The translations under genes were made by a program, and so were the position numbers. The notes under the pieces were generated by a model. That model worked only from the letters and a program-made list of their open reading frames with translations, did not search any database and was not told the origin of the DNA. Shown one piece after another: positions 1 to 6,972 of a stretch of DNA of 32,000 nt. The stretch's first letter is position 1. Each line of letters starts with the position of its first letter. Origin of the DNA: Sinorhizobium meliloti (GTDB lineage Bacteria > Pseudomonadota > Alphaproteobacteria > Rhizobiales > Rhizobiaceae); the NCBI RefSeq assembly GCF_017876815.1, contig NZ_JAGIOS010000001.1, positions 150,001 through 182,000 of the forward strand, written 5' to 3'.

Positions 1-1045
1 CGGACAGCACCGCATTGTGGCTGCCCTTGATGCGCGGCACGTTGACGAAGCCGGCCGAGCAGCCGATCAGCGCCCCGCCGGGGAAAGACAGCTTCGGCAC
101 CGACTGGTAGCCGCCTTCGGTGATGGCGCGGGCGCCGTAGGAGAGCCTTTTTCCACCCTCGAAAGTGCCGCGGATCGCCGGATGCGTCTTGAAGCGCTGG
201 AATTCCTCGAACGGATAGAGATACGGGTTCTTGTAGTTGAGGTGGACGACGAAACCGACGGCCACCAGATTGTCCTCAAGGTGATAGAGGAAGGAGCCGC
301 CGCCGGTCTTCATGCCGAGCGGCCAGCCGAAGGAATGCTGCACGAGGCCCGGCTTATGATTTTCCGGTTTCACCTCCCAGAGCTCCTTCAGGCCGATGCC
401 GAATTTCGGCACGTCGCAGCCCGCGTCGAGCTTGTATTTGGCAATCAGCTGCTTGGCGAGCGAGCCACGCACGCCCTCGCCGATGAGGGTGTACTTGCCG
501 AGCAGCTCCATGCCGCGGGCGAAGTTCGGCCCCGGCTCGCCGTTCCGCTCGATGCCCATGTCGCCGGTGGCAACGCCGATCACCGCGCCCTCGTCATTGT
601 AGAGCACTTCCGTTGCGGCAAAACCCGGATAGATCTCGACGCCGAGCGCTTCCGCCTGGGTGGCGAGCCAGCGACAGACATTGCCCAGCGATACCACGTA
701 GTTGCCGTGATTGTTCATCAGCGGCGGCATCAGGAAATTGGGAAGGCGGACAGAGCCTGCGGGGCCGAGAAAGAGGAACTGATCGTCGGTGACTTCCGTC
801 TTGAACGGGTGGTCCGGTTCGTCGCGCCAGCCCGGCAAGAGCCGGTCGATGCCGATCGGGTCGACCACGGCGCCGGAGAGGATATGTGCGCCCACTTCGG
901 CGCCCTTCTCCAGCACCACGACCGAGAGTTCCGGACTGACCTGCTTCAGCCGGATCGCCGCGGCAAGCCCCGCCGGTCCCGCCCCGACGATCACGACGTC
1001 GAATTCCATGCTCTCGCGTTCGGGGAGTTCTTGTTGCTCGGTCAT
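1..1045 (-). CDS. Electron-transfer flavoprotein-ubiquinone oxidoreductase (ETF-QO). The N-terminal 348 codons are present and the C-terminus lies beyond the window start.
   Basis: I translated the minus strand by hand from the ATG at 1045-1043: MTEQQELPERESMEFDVVIVGAGPAGLAAAIRLKQ...GAHILSGAVVDP...GEGVRGSLAKQLI...GGGSFLYHLEDN...NPYLYPFEEFQRFKTHP...GGYQSVPKLSFPGGALIGCSAGFVNVPRIKGSHNAV. It has a Rossmann FAD motif (GAGPAGL) and the conserved ETF-QO blocks. SD GGAGAG lies 5 nt upstream. The gene is absent from the ORF track because it runs off the edge. The 17..1108 + ORF is its antisense shadow. Confidence 0.9.
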   Translation of the reverse strand, partial: MTEQQELPERESMEFDVVIVGAGPAGLAAAIRLKQVSPELSVVVLEKGAEVGAHILSGAVVDPIGIDRLLPGWRDEPDHPFKTEVTDDQFLFLGPAGSVRLPNFLMPPLMNNHGNYVVSLGNVCRWLATQAEALGVEIYPGFAATEVLYNDEGAVIGVATGDMGIERNGEPGPNFARGMELLGKYTLIGEGVRGSLAKQLIAKYKLDAGCDVPKFGIGLKELWEVKPENHKPGLVQHSFGWPLGMKTGGGSFLYHLEDNLVAVGFVVHLNYKNPYLYPFEEFQRFKTHPAIRGTFEGGKRLSYGARAITEGGYQSVPKLSFPGGALIGCSAGFVNVPRIKGSHNAVLS

Positions 1046-1314
1046 TACACTCTCCAGTTTTGCCGGTCTTCTGCCGGCTCCGTTCCCGGCCAAATCATCC
1101 CGTCATGACAAATGCCGTAAACCTTGTCGAGCCGGGATGCGACAGACTGTCTCTGCATTTGCGCATGAGTTCATGAGTTTCCTATGTTACCTGAACGTAA
1201 ACGTAAACCGATTTGGCCGGATCTGGACGGCCGGCAGCTTGCTTTTGCAGCGCTCGCATGCGACGAGGCCCGCCCCACCCCGCAAGCCGCATCACCGACA
1301 AGACGGAGACGATC

Positions 1315-2604
1315 ATGGCATCCGCCCTAGGCCTCGACTTCGGCACCACCAATTCCGTACTGGCGCAGACCGAAGGCGCATCGACGCGCTCCATCGTCGT
1401 GGAAAGCCCGACCGGAAGATCGGACACGACGCGGACGGCCCTGTCTTTCCTGAAGGATGCGGGTCCCTCGCCGCTGAAAGTGGAAGCAGGACAGGCGGCA
1501 ATCCGCGAGTTCATCGACAATCCGGGCGAATGCCGCTTCCTTCAATCGATCAAAACCTTTGCTGCGAGTGCGCTCTTCCAGGGCACGCTGATCTTCGGCA
1601 AACGCTACGAGTTCGAGGATCTGATGCAGCGCTTCCTGACGCGGCTCAGGGACTATGCCGGAAATAACTGGGAGGCCACCTTCAGGCGTGTCGTCATCGG
1701 CCGTCCCGTGCATTTCGCGGGCGCCAATCCGGACGAGAAACTGGCCCTCGAACGCTACAATCGCGCGCTTACCCGCATGGGCTTTCCCGAAGTCCATTAC
1801 GTGTACGAGCCGGTCGCGGCCGCCTTCTATTTCGCGCGCAATCTCGATCGGGACGCGACGGTGCTCGTCGCCGACTTCGGCGGCGGCACTACCGACTACT
1901 CGATCATCCGATTCGAGAGCCAGGCCGGTCGGCTGACGGCAACGCCGATCGGACATTCCGGCGTCGGCATCGCGGGAGACCATTTCGACTTCCGGATCAT
2001 CGACAACATCGTCTCGCCGCTCATCGGAAAGGGGAGTCTGTTCAAGAGCTTCGACAAGCTGCTTGAGGTGCCGTCGAGCTACTACGCGAATTTCGGCCGC
2101 TGGAATCAGCTTTCGATCTTCAAGACGTTGAGAGATTTCACTGAATTGAAAAAGCTGGTGCGGGCAAGCCTGGAGCCGGAGAAGCTGGAGTCCTTCGTGG
2201 AGCTCATCGAGCATGACGAAGGCTATCCGCTCTACCAGGCGGTCTCGGCCACCAAGATGCGGCTCTCGCAGGCGGAGGAAACCGAATTCGCCTTTGCGCC
2301 GCTGGGAGAGCGCGCACGCCGTACCGTTCGCCGGGACGAGTTCGAAGGCTGGATTGCGCCTGACCTCGCCCGCATCGAGGAGGCGCTTGACGAGGTCCTT
2401 TCAACGACTGCGACCACGCCGGACGGGATCGACAAGGTGTTTCTGACCGGCGGGACGTCCTTCGTGCCGGCGGTTCGCCGTCTCTTCGAGAACCGCTTCG
2501 GCAAAGAGCGTATCGAGAGCGGCGGCGAGCTCCTGTCGATCGCCCATGGCCTGGCGCTCATCGGCGAGCGCGACGACATTGCGGCCTGGACAGCGGCGGC
2601 CTGA
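1315..2604 (+). CDS. Hsp70/actin-fold ATPase, YegD-like (NBD-type chaperone-family protein with no canonical DnaK substrate-binding domain)
   Basis: Track ORF 1213..2604. I start it at Met35 (ATG 1315), preceded by GGAGA. The N-terminus MASALGLDFGTTNS matches the Hsp70 phosphate-1 motif and DFGGGTTDYS matches phosphate-2. LTGGTSFVP is the adenosine motif. At 429 aa it is too short for DnaK. Confidence 0.85.
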   Translation: MASALGLDFGTTNSVLAQTEGASTRSIVVESPTGRSDTTRTALSFLKDAGPSPLKVEAGQAAIREFIDNPGECRFLQSIKTFAASALFQGTLIFGKRYEFEDLMQRFLTRLRDYAGNNWEATFRRVVIGRPVHFAGANPDEKLALERYNRALTRMGFPEVHYVYEPVAAAFYFARNLDRDATVLVADFGGGTTDYSIIRFESQAGRLTATPIGHSGVGIAGDHFDFRIIDNIVSPLIGKGSLFKSFDKLLEVPSSYYANFGRWNQLSIFKTLRDFTELKKLVRASLEPEKLESFVELIEHDEGYPLYQAVSATKMRLSQAEETEFAFAPLGERARRTVRRDEFEGWIAPDLARIEEALDEVLSTTATTPDGIDKVFLTGGTSFVPAVRRLFENRFGKERIESGGELLSIAHGLALIGERDDIAAWTAAA

Positions 2605-2676
2605 AGGCGGTCCCTGCCGCTACAGATTTAAGGAACGTGCAGTGGACCACCCCCACCGATCTGTTACATTCGCCCC

Positions 2677-3537
2677 ATGATCTCGGCCAACGACCTCTCC
2701 CGCTCCGAACTCGCTGCCCTTCTCGCCTTCCATGCGGAGGCGGGTGTCGAGTGGCTCCTCGAAGAAGAGCCGGTCGATCGGCTCGCTGAATTCGAGGCGA
2801 TGAAAAGCAGGCGCGCACAAAGCCGCGCCGTGCCGCAAACCGGCGCGACCGCAGCCGAACCGCAGCAGTCTGCTCCCCCTGCCGCCGCCCGCGAGCGTCG
2901 CCCCGCGCCTCCGGCACCCCCTCCGGTGGTGGCGATACCGGACGAGCAGGCCATCAAGGAGGCGCAGTTCGTCGCGGATGCCGCGCGATCGCTGGGAGAG
3001 CTGCGTACGGCCATGGAGGCCTTTGCCGGCTGCAATCTCAGGAACAGCGCCCGCAACCTCGTCTTCGCCGAAGGCAGTGCTGCCTCGGGAGTCATGATCA
3101 TCGGTCCGATGCCCTACGCGGATGACGACCGCGACGGCCGCCCCTTTGCGGGACGGCACGGCGAGATGCTCGAACGCATGCTGTCCGGCATCGGCCTCTC
3201 GCGCGAGGACGTCCTTCTTGCCAACGCCGTGCCCTGGCGGCCACCCGGCAACCGCGTTCCGAGCGCCCGTGAGGCGGATATCTGCCGGCCGTTCATCGAG
3301 CGTCAGATCGCGCTGGCCGAACCCAAGCAGTTGCTTCTACTCGGCAACTTCACCGCCCGCTTCTTCTTCGGCGGCGAAACGATCCATCAACTGCGCGGCG
3401 AATGGCGAGAGCTCACCTTTGGCGGCACCAGCATTCCGACGCTCGCCACCTTGCATCCGCAGGACCTTGTCGCGGCGCCGATCAACAAACGCTTCGCCTG
3501 GCTGGACCTGCTGGCGTTCAAGTCGCGCCTCGGCTGA
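2677..3537 (+). CDS. Uracil-DNA glycosylase superfamily protein. It is family-4-like, with an N-terminal extension and degenerate motifs.
   Basis: Track ORF of 286 aa. The C-terminal about 170 aa align by eye to family-4 UDGs (VFAEG...IIGPMPY..D..GRPFAGRHGEMLERML...ANAVPWRPPGNR.P...ICRPF...LHPQDLV). The N-terminal about 110 aa include a Pro/Ala-rich linker (PPAAARERRPAPPAPPPVV). Confidence 0.8.
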   Translation: MISANDLSRSELAALLAFHAEAGVEWLLEEEPVDRLAEFEAMKSRRAQSRAVPQTGATAAEPQQSAPPAAARERRPAPPAPPPVVAIPDEQAIKEAQFVADAARSLGELRTAMEAFAGCNLRNSARNLVFAEGSAASGVMIIGPMPYADDDRDGRPFAGRHGEMLERMLSGIGLSREDVLLANAVPWRPPGNRVPSAREADICRPFIERQIALAEPKQLLLLGNFTARFFFGGETIHQLRGEWRELTFGGTSIPTLATLHPQDLVAAPINKRFAWLDLLAFKSRLG

Positions 3538-3613
3538 TACCACTGCTGGATTCATGAACAAGGTGTGAAAAAAGCCATGCGATTTGCGCATGTCTGAGCG
3601 GCGTTTTAACGCA

Positions 3614-3642
3614 TTGCAAAATCAATGCTGCACCGCAATATA
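3614..3642 (+). promoter_or_regulatory. Candidate sigma-70-type promoter for the small-ORF pair
   Basis: TTGCAA (3614-3619), a 17-nt spacer, then AATATA (3637-3642). The overlapping CAATAT matches the rhizobial -10 CTATAT at 5 of 6 positions. It sits about 35 nt upstream of the first small ORF. This is pattern matching only. Confidence 0.3.
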
Positions 3643-3675
3643 AGGCAACGGGAGGAATGGATAAGGAACTGAACC

Positions 3676-3852
3676 ATGACTGCCCGCTATCGCCCGATTC
3701 ACAGCAGCTTCGAGACGCTCCGCTACGCCGGTGCTTCCTCGCGCACGCCGTTCAACAGCTTCGGTTCGGCTGCCAACGAGCAGCTGACCGCAATCGGCCT
3801 CGCGCGGACGACCCGCCCGGCTCAGATCTTCGCCGAATTCATCCAGCGCTGA
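3676..3852 (+). CDS. Small hypothetical protein of 58 aa (MTARYRPIHSSFETLRYAGASSRTPFNSFGSAANEQLTAIGLARTTRPAQIFAEFIQR)
   Basis: It is below the track cutoff. ATG is preceded by AAGGAA at a 7-nt spacing. By hand count, about 83% of third codon positions are G/C in this frame, against about 55% for the overlapping antisense 121-aa ORF. The segment NEQLTAIGLARTT weakly resembles the DUF1127 core (..REL.D[IL]G[IL].R.D). Confidence 0.55.
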   Translation: MTARYRPIHSSFETLRYAGASSRTPFNSFGSAANEQLTAIGLARTTRPAQIFAEFIQR

Positions 3853-3889
3853 ACGCCCCGCGTCGGAACGACTGCAGGAGGGAACGATC

Positions 3890-4045
3890 ATGTCCAAGCC
3901 GCTCGACAGCATTCGCGCTCTCGTCGACACGATCTCCGACATTCGCACCGCCGTCCGCGCGTCTCGCGAGTATAGCCGCCTGAGCATCGCCAGCGACGGA
4001 CGGCGCGTCCATGACGGCGCGGCGAGCCGGTTGCTGCCGAGTTAG
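3890..4045 (+). CDS. Small hypothetical protein of 51 aa (MSKPLDSIRALVDTISDIRTAVRASREYSRLSIASDGRRVHDGAASRLLPS)
   Basis: It is below the track cutoff. A strong SD GGAGGGA lies 6 nt upstream of the ATG, and GC3 is high. It starts 37 nt after the previous small ORF and is followed immediately by a strong hairpin. The antisense ORF 3622..3987 shares third positions here, so GC3 does not discriminate strand in this segment. Confidence 0.5.
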   Translation: MSKPLDSIRALVDTISDIRTAVRASREYSRLSIASDGRRVHDGAASRLLPS

Positions 4046-4052
4046 ATCACGT

Positions 4053-4078
4053 GGTTCCAGGTCGGATCGACCTGAACC
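4053..4078 (+). terminator. Stem-loop directly after the second small ORF (11 bp with one bulge)
   Basis: GGTTCCAGGTCG-gat-CGACCTGAACC, 8 nt after the TAG at 4043-4045. No U-tract follows, so it may be a processing or stability hairpin, or part of a mosaic repeat, rather than a classical intrinsic terminator. Confidence 0.35.
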
Positions 4079-4105
4079 AATGTGATCGGTTCCAATTGGT
4101 TGAAC

Positions 4106-4152
4106 GCGGGATGCGGGCGGAAAACCGCACACATTTTTCCTCATCCCGCATC
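4106..4152 (+). repeat. Structured intergenic repeat, copy A (rhizobial REP/RIME-like palindromic element)
   Basis: GCGGGATGCGGGCGGAAAACCGCACACATTTTTCCTCATCCCGC. The first 22 nt are identical to the reverse complement of 19839-19886, and the rest is near-identical. It folds as an outer stem GCGGGATG/CATCCCGC plus an inner stem GGAAAA/TTTTCC. It seeds the spurious ORFs that begin MRAENR.HFS. Confidence 0.75.
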
Positions 4153-4309
4153 AGCCTTTCCCGCTGCGTCATTTCACCATTCCCTGTCGCAATCGACAGC
4201 GCCCCGGAACTTCGTTACAGCCACTCTCGATTCCGTTTTGACGGAGTGACGAAGTTCATCGGCCGAAGCCGAAACGAAGCCGCTCCTTATCCCCTCACCA
4301 GGAGCGCCG

Positions 4310-5599
4310 ATGCTGGCGAATTTCGCTTCCGTTTTCAGCCTGATGCTCTCGACCTTCCTGATGATGGTCGCATTCGGGCTGCAGAGCTATGTCATCCCGG
4401 TACGCTCCGTGGCGGAAAGCTGGTCGACCCTCACCATCTCGATCTTCGCGACCGGCTACACGCTGGGGTTCACCCTTTCCTGCATCGTCACGCCTAAATT
4501 CGTCCTGCGCGTCGGCCATGTCCGCGTCTTCACCGCCCTGATAACGCTCCTGTCCATCGCGATCCTGATGTGCGGGCTCGTCGTCGATTGGCGTGCCTGG
4601 ATCGGCTTCCGTGCCGTGTCGGGCTTTGCGATTGCCGGAAGCTATCTCGTCATCGAGAGCTGGCTGAACGAGCGCGTGACGAACGAAAATCGCGGCCTGC
4701 TCTTCTCGCTCTATCTCATAACCACGATGGTCGGCACGATCGGCGGACAGTACCTGGTGCCGCTCGGTGATCCGAGCAATACCTCTCTGTTCATCCTTTG
4801 CGGCGTCCTGTTCTCGCTCGCCCTGCTGCCGACCGCCCTCTCCTCCTCACCGATGCCTGCACCCCCGGCACGGGCAAATTTCGATATCCCCGCACTCTAT
4901 CGCCGCTCGCCGGTCGCGGTCGTCGGCGGCTTTCTCGCCGGTGCGCTCTCGGGCGCATGGCTCAATCTCGGCGGCGTCTTCACCCAGAAGATCGGCCTTT
5001 CGACCGGCGAGGGAGCGACACTGCTCGCGTCGCTTCTGGCCGGCAGCGCGATCTCGCAGGTCCCGATCGGCCGTGCCTCGGACCGGATGGACCGGCGCAT
5101 CGTCATGGTTGCCTGCGGCATCGCCGGCGTCGTGTCGTGCCTTGCCATGTCCGTCTCGATTGCGAGCAGTCCCCCGGTTCTCTATGCACTCGCCGCCTGC
5201 ATCGGCACGGTCCTCTTCCCGATCTATGCCCTGAACGTCGCGCATGCCAACGACCTTGCCCGCCCCGACGAATATGTGGAGATTTCATCCGGCCTGATGA
5301 TCACCTACGGCCTCGGCACGATCTCCGGTCCGCTGATGGTCGGTCCGGTCATGGACCGGTTTGGCCCCGTCGCACTGTTCATCGCGCTTGCCGTGTATTT
5401 CGCGCTCTACAGCGGCTATGCCGCATGGCGGATCCTTCAGCGCGAGCAGCATGACGGCCTCGTGGCGAAGACCGATTTTCAGGCGACCACGGTACTGCCG
5501 ACCCCCGGTCCTGACGTCACCGGTCCGCTCGCGCAGCAGGACGCAGGCGAACTCATCGAGGACGATACCGTTCCTGCCTGGGAGCAACGCGCCGAGTAG
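4310..5599 (+). CDS. MFS transporter
   Basis: Track ORF of 429 aa. AGGAG lies 5 nt upstream. The protein is hydrophobic throughout with about 12 predicted TM segments and loop motifs typical of the major facilitator superfamily. Confidence 0.85.
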   Translation: MLANFASVFSLMLSTFLMMVAFGLQSYVIPVRSVAESWSTLTISIFATGYTLGFTLSCIVTPKFVLRVGHVRVFTALITLLSIAILMCGLVVDWRAWIGFRAVSGFAIAGSYLVIESWLNERVTNENRGLLFSLYLITTMVGTIGGQYLVPLGDPSNTSLFILCGVLFSLALLPTALSSSPMPAPPARANFDIPALYRRSPVAVVGGFLAGALSGAWLNLGGVFTQKIGLSTGEGATLLASLLAGSAISQVPIGRASDRMDRRIVMVACGIAGVVSCLAMSVSIASSPPVLYALAACIGTVLFPIYALNVAHANDLARPDEYVEISSGLMITYGLGTISGPLMVGPVMDRFGPVALFIALAVYFALYSGYAAWRILQREQHDGLVAKTDFQATTVLPTPGPDVTGPLAQQDAGELIEDDTVPAWEQRAE

Positions 5600-5608
5600 C
5601 ACATCCCT

Positions 5609-6547
5609 TTATCCCTGCGGCGTCACGTGCTTGCGCGCGCCCTTGCGTTCCAGTCCCAGCCGATGCTCCCGGTAGATGATGAAGATGCCCGCGCCTACGA
5701 CGATCGCCGTTCCGGCGAGCATGGTCGCGGTCGGCACGTCGCCGAAGAGGAAGTAGCCGATGACGATGCCGAGCACGATCGACGTGTACTCGAAGGGAGC
5801 GATCGTCGACATATCCGCGTGGCGATAGCTCTCCGTCAGCAGGATCTGCCCGACGCCGCCGCAAAAGCCGGCGATCGTCAGGAGAACGAAGGCCTGCCAG
5901 GAAAGCTCGGACCAACCGAAAGGCAGTGTCGCGAGCGAGAACACCGCGGCCGAAAGGGAGAAGTAGAGGACGATGGTGTGCGTGCGCTCCTTCTGCACGA
6001 GCTTGCGCACGAGTACCATCGCCGTTGCCCCGAGCGCTGCCGAAAGCAGTACGGCGACCGCACCCATGGCCTCGGCCGACCCGAAGCCCCCTTCATTGAA
6101 CAGCGTAAGCCGCGGCCAAGTGATGATAAACACACCGGCGAGCCCGACAAACACCGCAGACCAGCGATAGAGCCGCACGATCTCGCCCAGAAAAATCGCC
6201 GCGAAAGCCACGGCCAGCAGCGGCATGGCATAGCCGATCGCAATCGCCTCCGGCAGCGGCAGATGGACGAGACCGTAAAAGCCGCAACTCATGGCGAGAA
6301 TGCCGACAAAGCCGCGCACCAGGTGTCCGGTGATATCAGTGGTCCTGAAAGCGTCCCGCAATGCGCCGCGGCATGCCAGAAATCCAAGGATCGGCACCAT
6401 CGCAAAAGCCGAGCGATAGAAGGTGATCTGGCCGGTGGGGATGTCGTCGCCCGCAGCCTTGATACAGGTCGACATGCACACGAAGACGACGACGGAGAGC
6501 ACCTTGAGCACAATCCCCTTCATCGGGCTCGCATCGTCCGCATCCAT
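5609..6547 (-). CDS. EamA/DMT-family transporter
   Basis: Track ORF 5609..6637. I start it at Met31 (MDADDASPMKGIVLKVLSVVVF...); a start at 6523 is also possible. It has about 10 TM segments in a duplicated EamA-like arrangement. Confidence 0.85.
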   Translation of the reverse strand: MDADDASPMKGIVLKVLSVVVFVCMSTCIKAAGDDIPTGQITFYRSAFAMVPILGFLACRGALRDAFRTTDITGHLVRGFVGILAMSCGFYGLVHLPLPEAIAIGYAMPLLAVAFAAIFLGEIVRLYRWSAVFVGLAGVFIITWPRLTLFNEGGFGSAEAMGAVAVLLSAALGATAMVLVRKLVQKERTHTIVLYFSLSAAVFSLATLPFGWSELSWQAFVLLTIAGFCGGVGQILLTESYRHADMSTIAPFEYTSIVLGIVIGYFLFGDVPTATMLAGTAIVVGAGIFIIYREHRLGLERKGARKHVTPQG

Positions 6548-6972
6548 GAAACACAACTTTTCAAACTGACATCGGCGAACCGATCGGAAGGCCAACAAAA
6601 ACGGGAGGACGCGGCGGCAAGGCCGCGAAAGGACCACGCCACCTTACCCGTGCTTGCGCAGCATGTTGGATCAAATTTCGTGATGGACCTGGTTTTTTCG
6701 TGATGATTTCGCCTGCATGTGCAAAGCTTGCTGCCGGAGAAAAATGCGCCTGTAGTTTATTTAGCAAGCCCGAAAAAATCGTCGCGGATTTAGTTCTTGT
6801 TAGTGCCGCTCCGATAAATCTTCGGTCAATAAGAGGCGGGACGGGCCCTGCGTTTTTGCTGCCGGATTTACCGTCGCCGGCACCACATTCGTGCGTAAAT
6901 CTCGGATCTTGGCTTTTCACCATCACGAGCGCCCTCTACAAATCAAAAGAGCAAGCGCAAGCAGGACTGACC

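Noticed and set aside
17-1108. 363-aa plus-strand ORF covering the first kilobase
   Set aside because: It is the antisense shadow of ETF-QO. The minus-strand translation gives unmistakable ETF-QO motifs. This ORF is Arg/Ala/His-rich with no recognisable domain.
3622-3987. 121-aa minus ORF and 108-aa plus ORF (3657..3983) across the small-ORF locus
   Set aside because: The minus ORF has only about 55% G/C at third positions across 3676-3852, against about 83% for the 58-aa plus frame, and it has no SD. The 108-aa ORF's ATG abuts GGAGGA with no spacer, and it reads across two better frames. Some ambiguity remains for 3890-3987, where both strands share third positions.
4051-4497. 148-aa ORF containing MRAENRTHFSSSR, and the similar 18-aa N-terminal extension ([18 protein letters not shown]) of the ccmH ORF (19826..19879)
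   Set aside because: The shared peptide is simply the translation of the two copies of the intergenic palindromic repeat. The 148-aa ORF also runs out of frame into the MFS gene.
6700-6972. N-terminal extensions suggested by the maximal ORFs for pepN (6700), degP (19508), glnE (15534), HK (16861), EamA (6637), Hsp70-like (1213) and the 31989 small ORF
   Set aside because: The extensions overlap upstream genes or intergenic repeats and lack SD sequences. Their composition is unlike the mature proteins. Internal Mets with an SD give N-termini matching family expectations (signal peptide, TM helix or conserved first motif).
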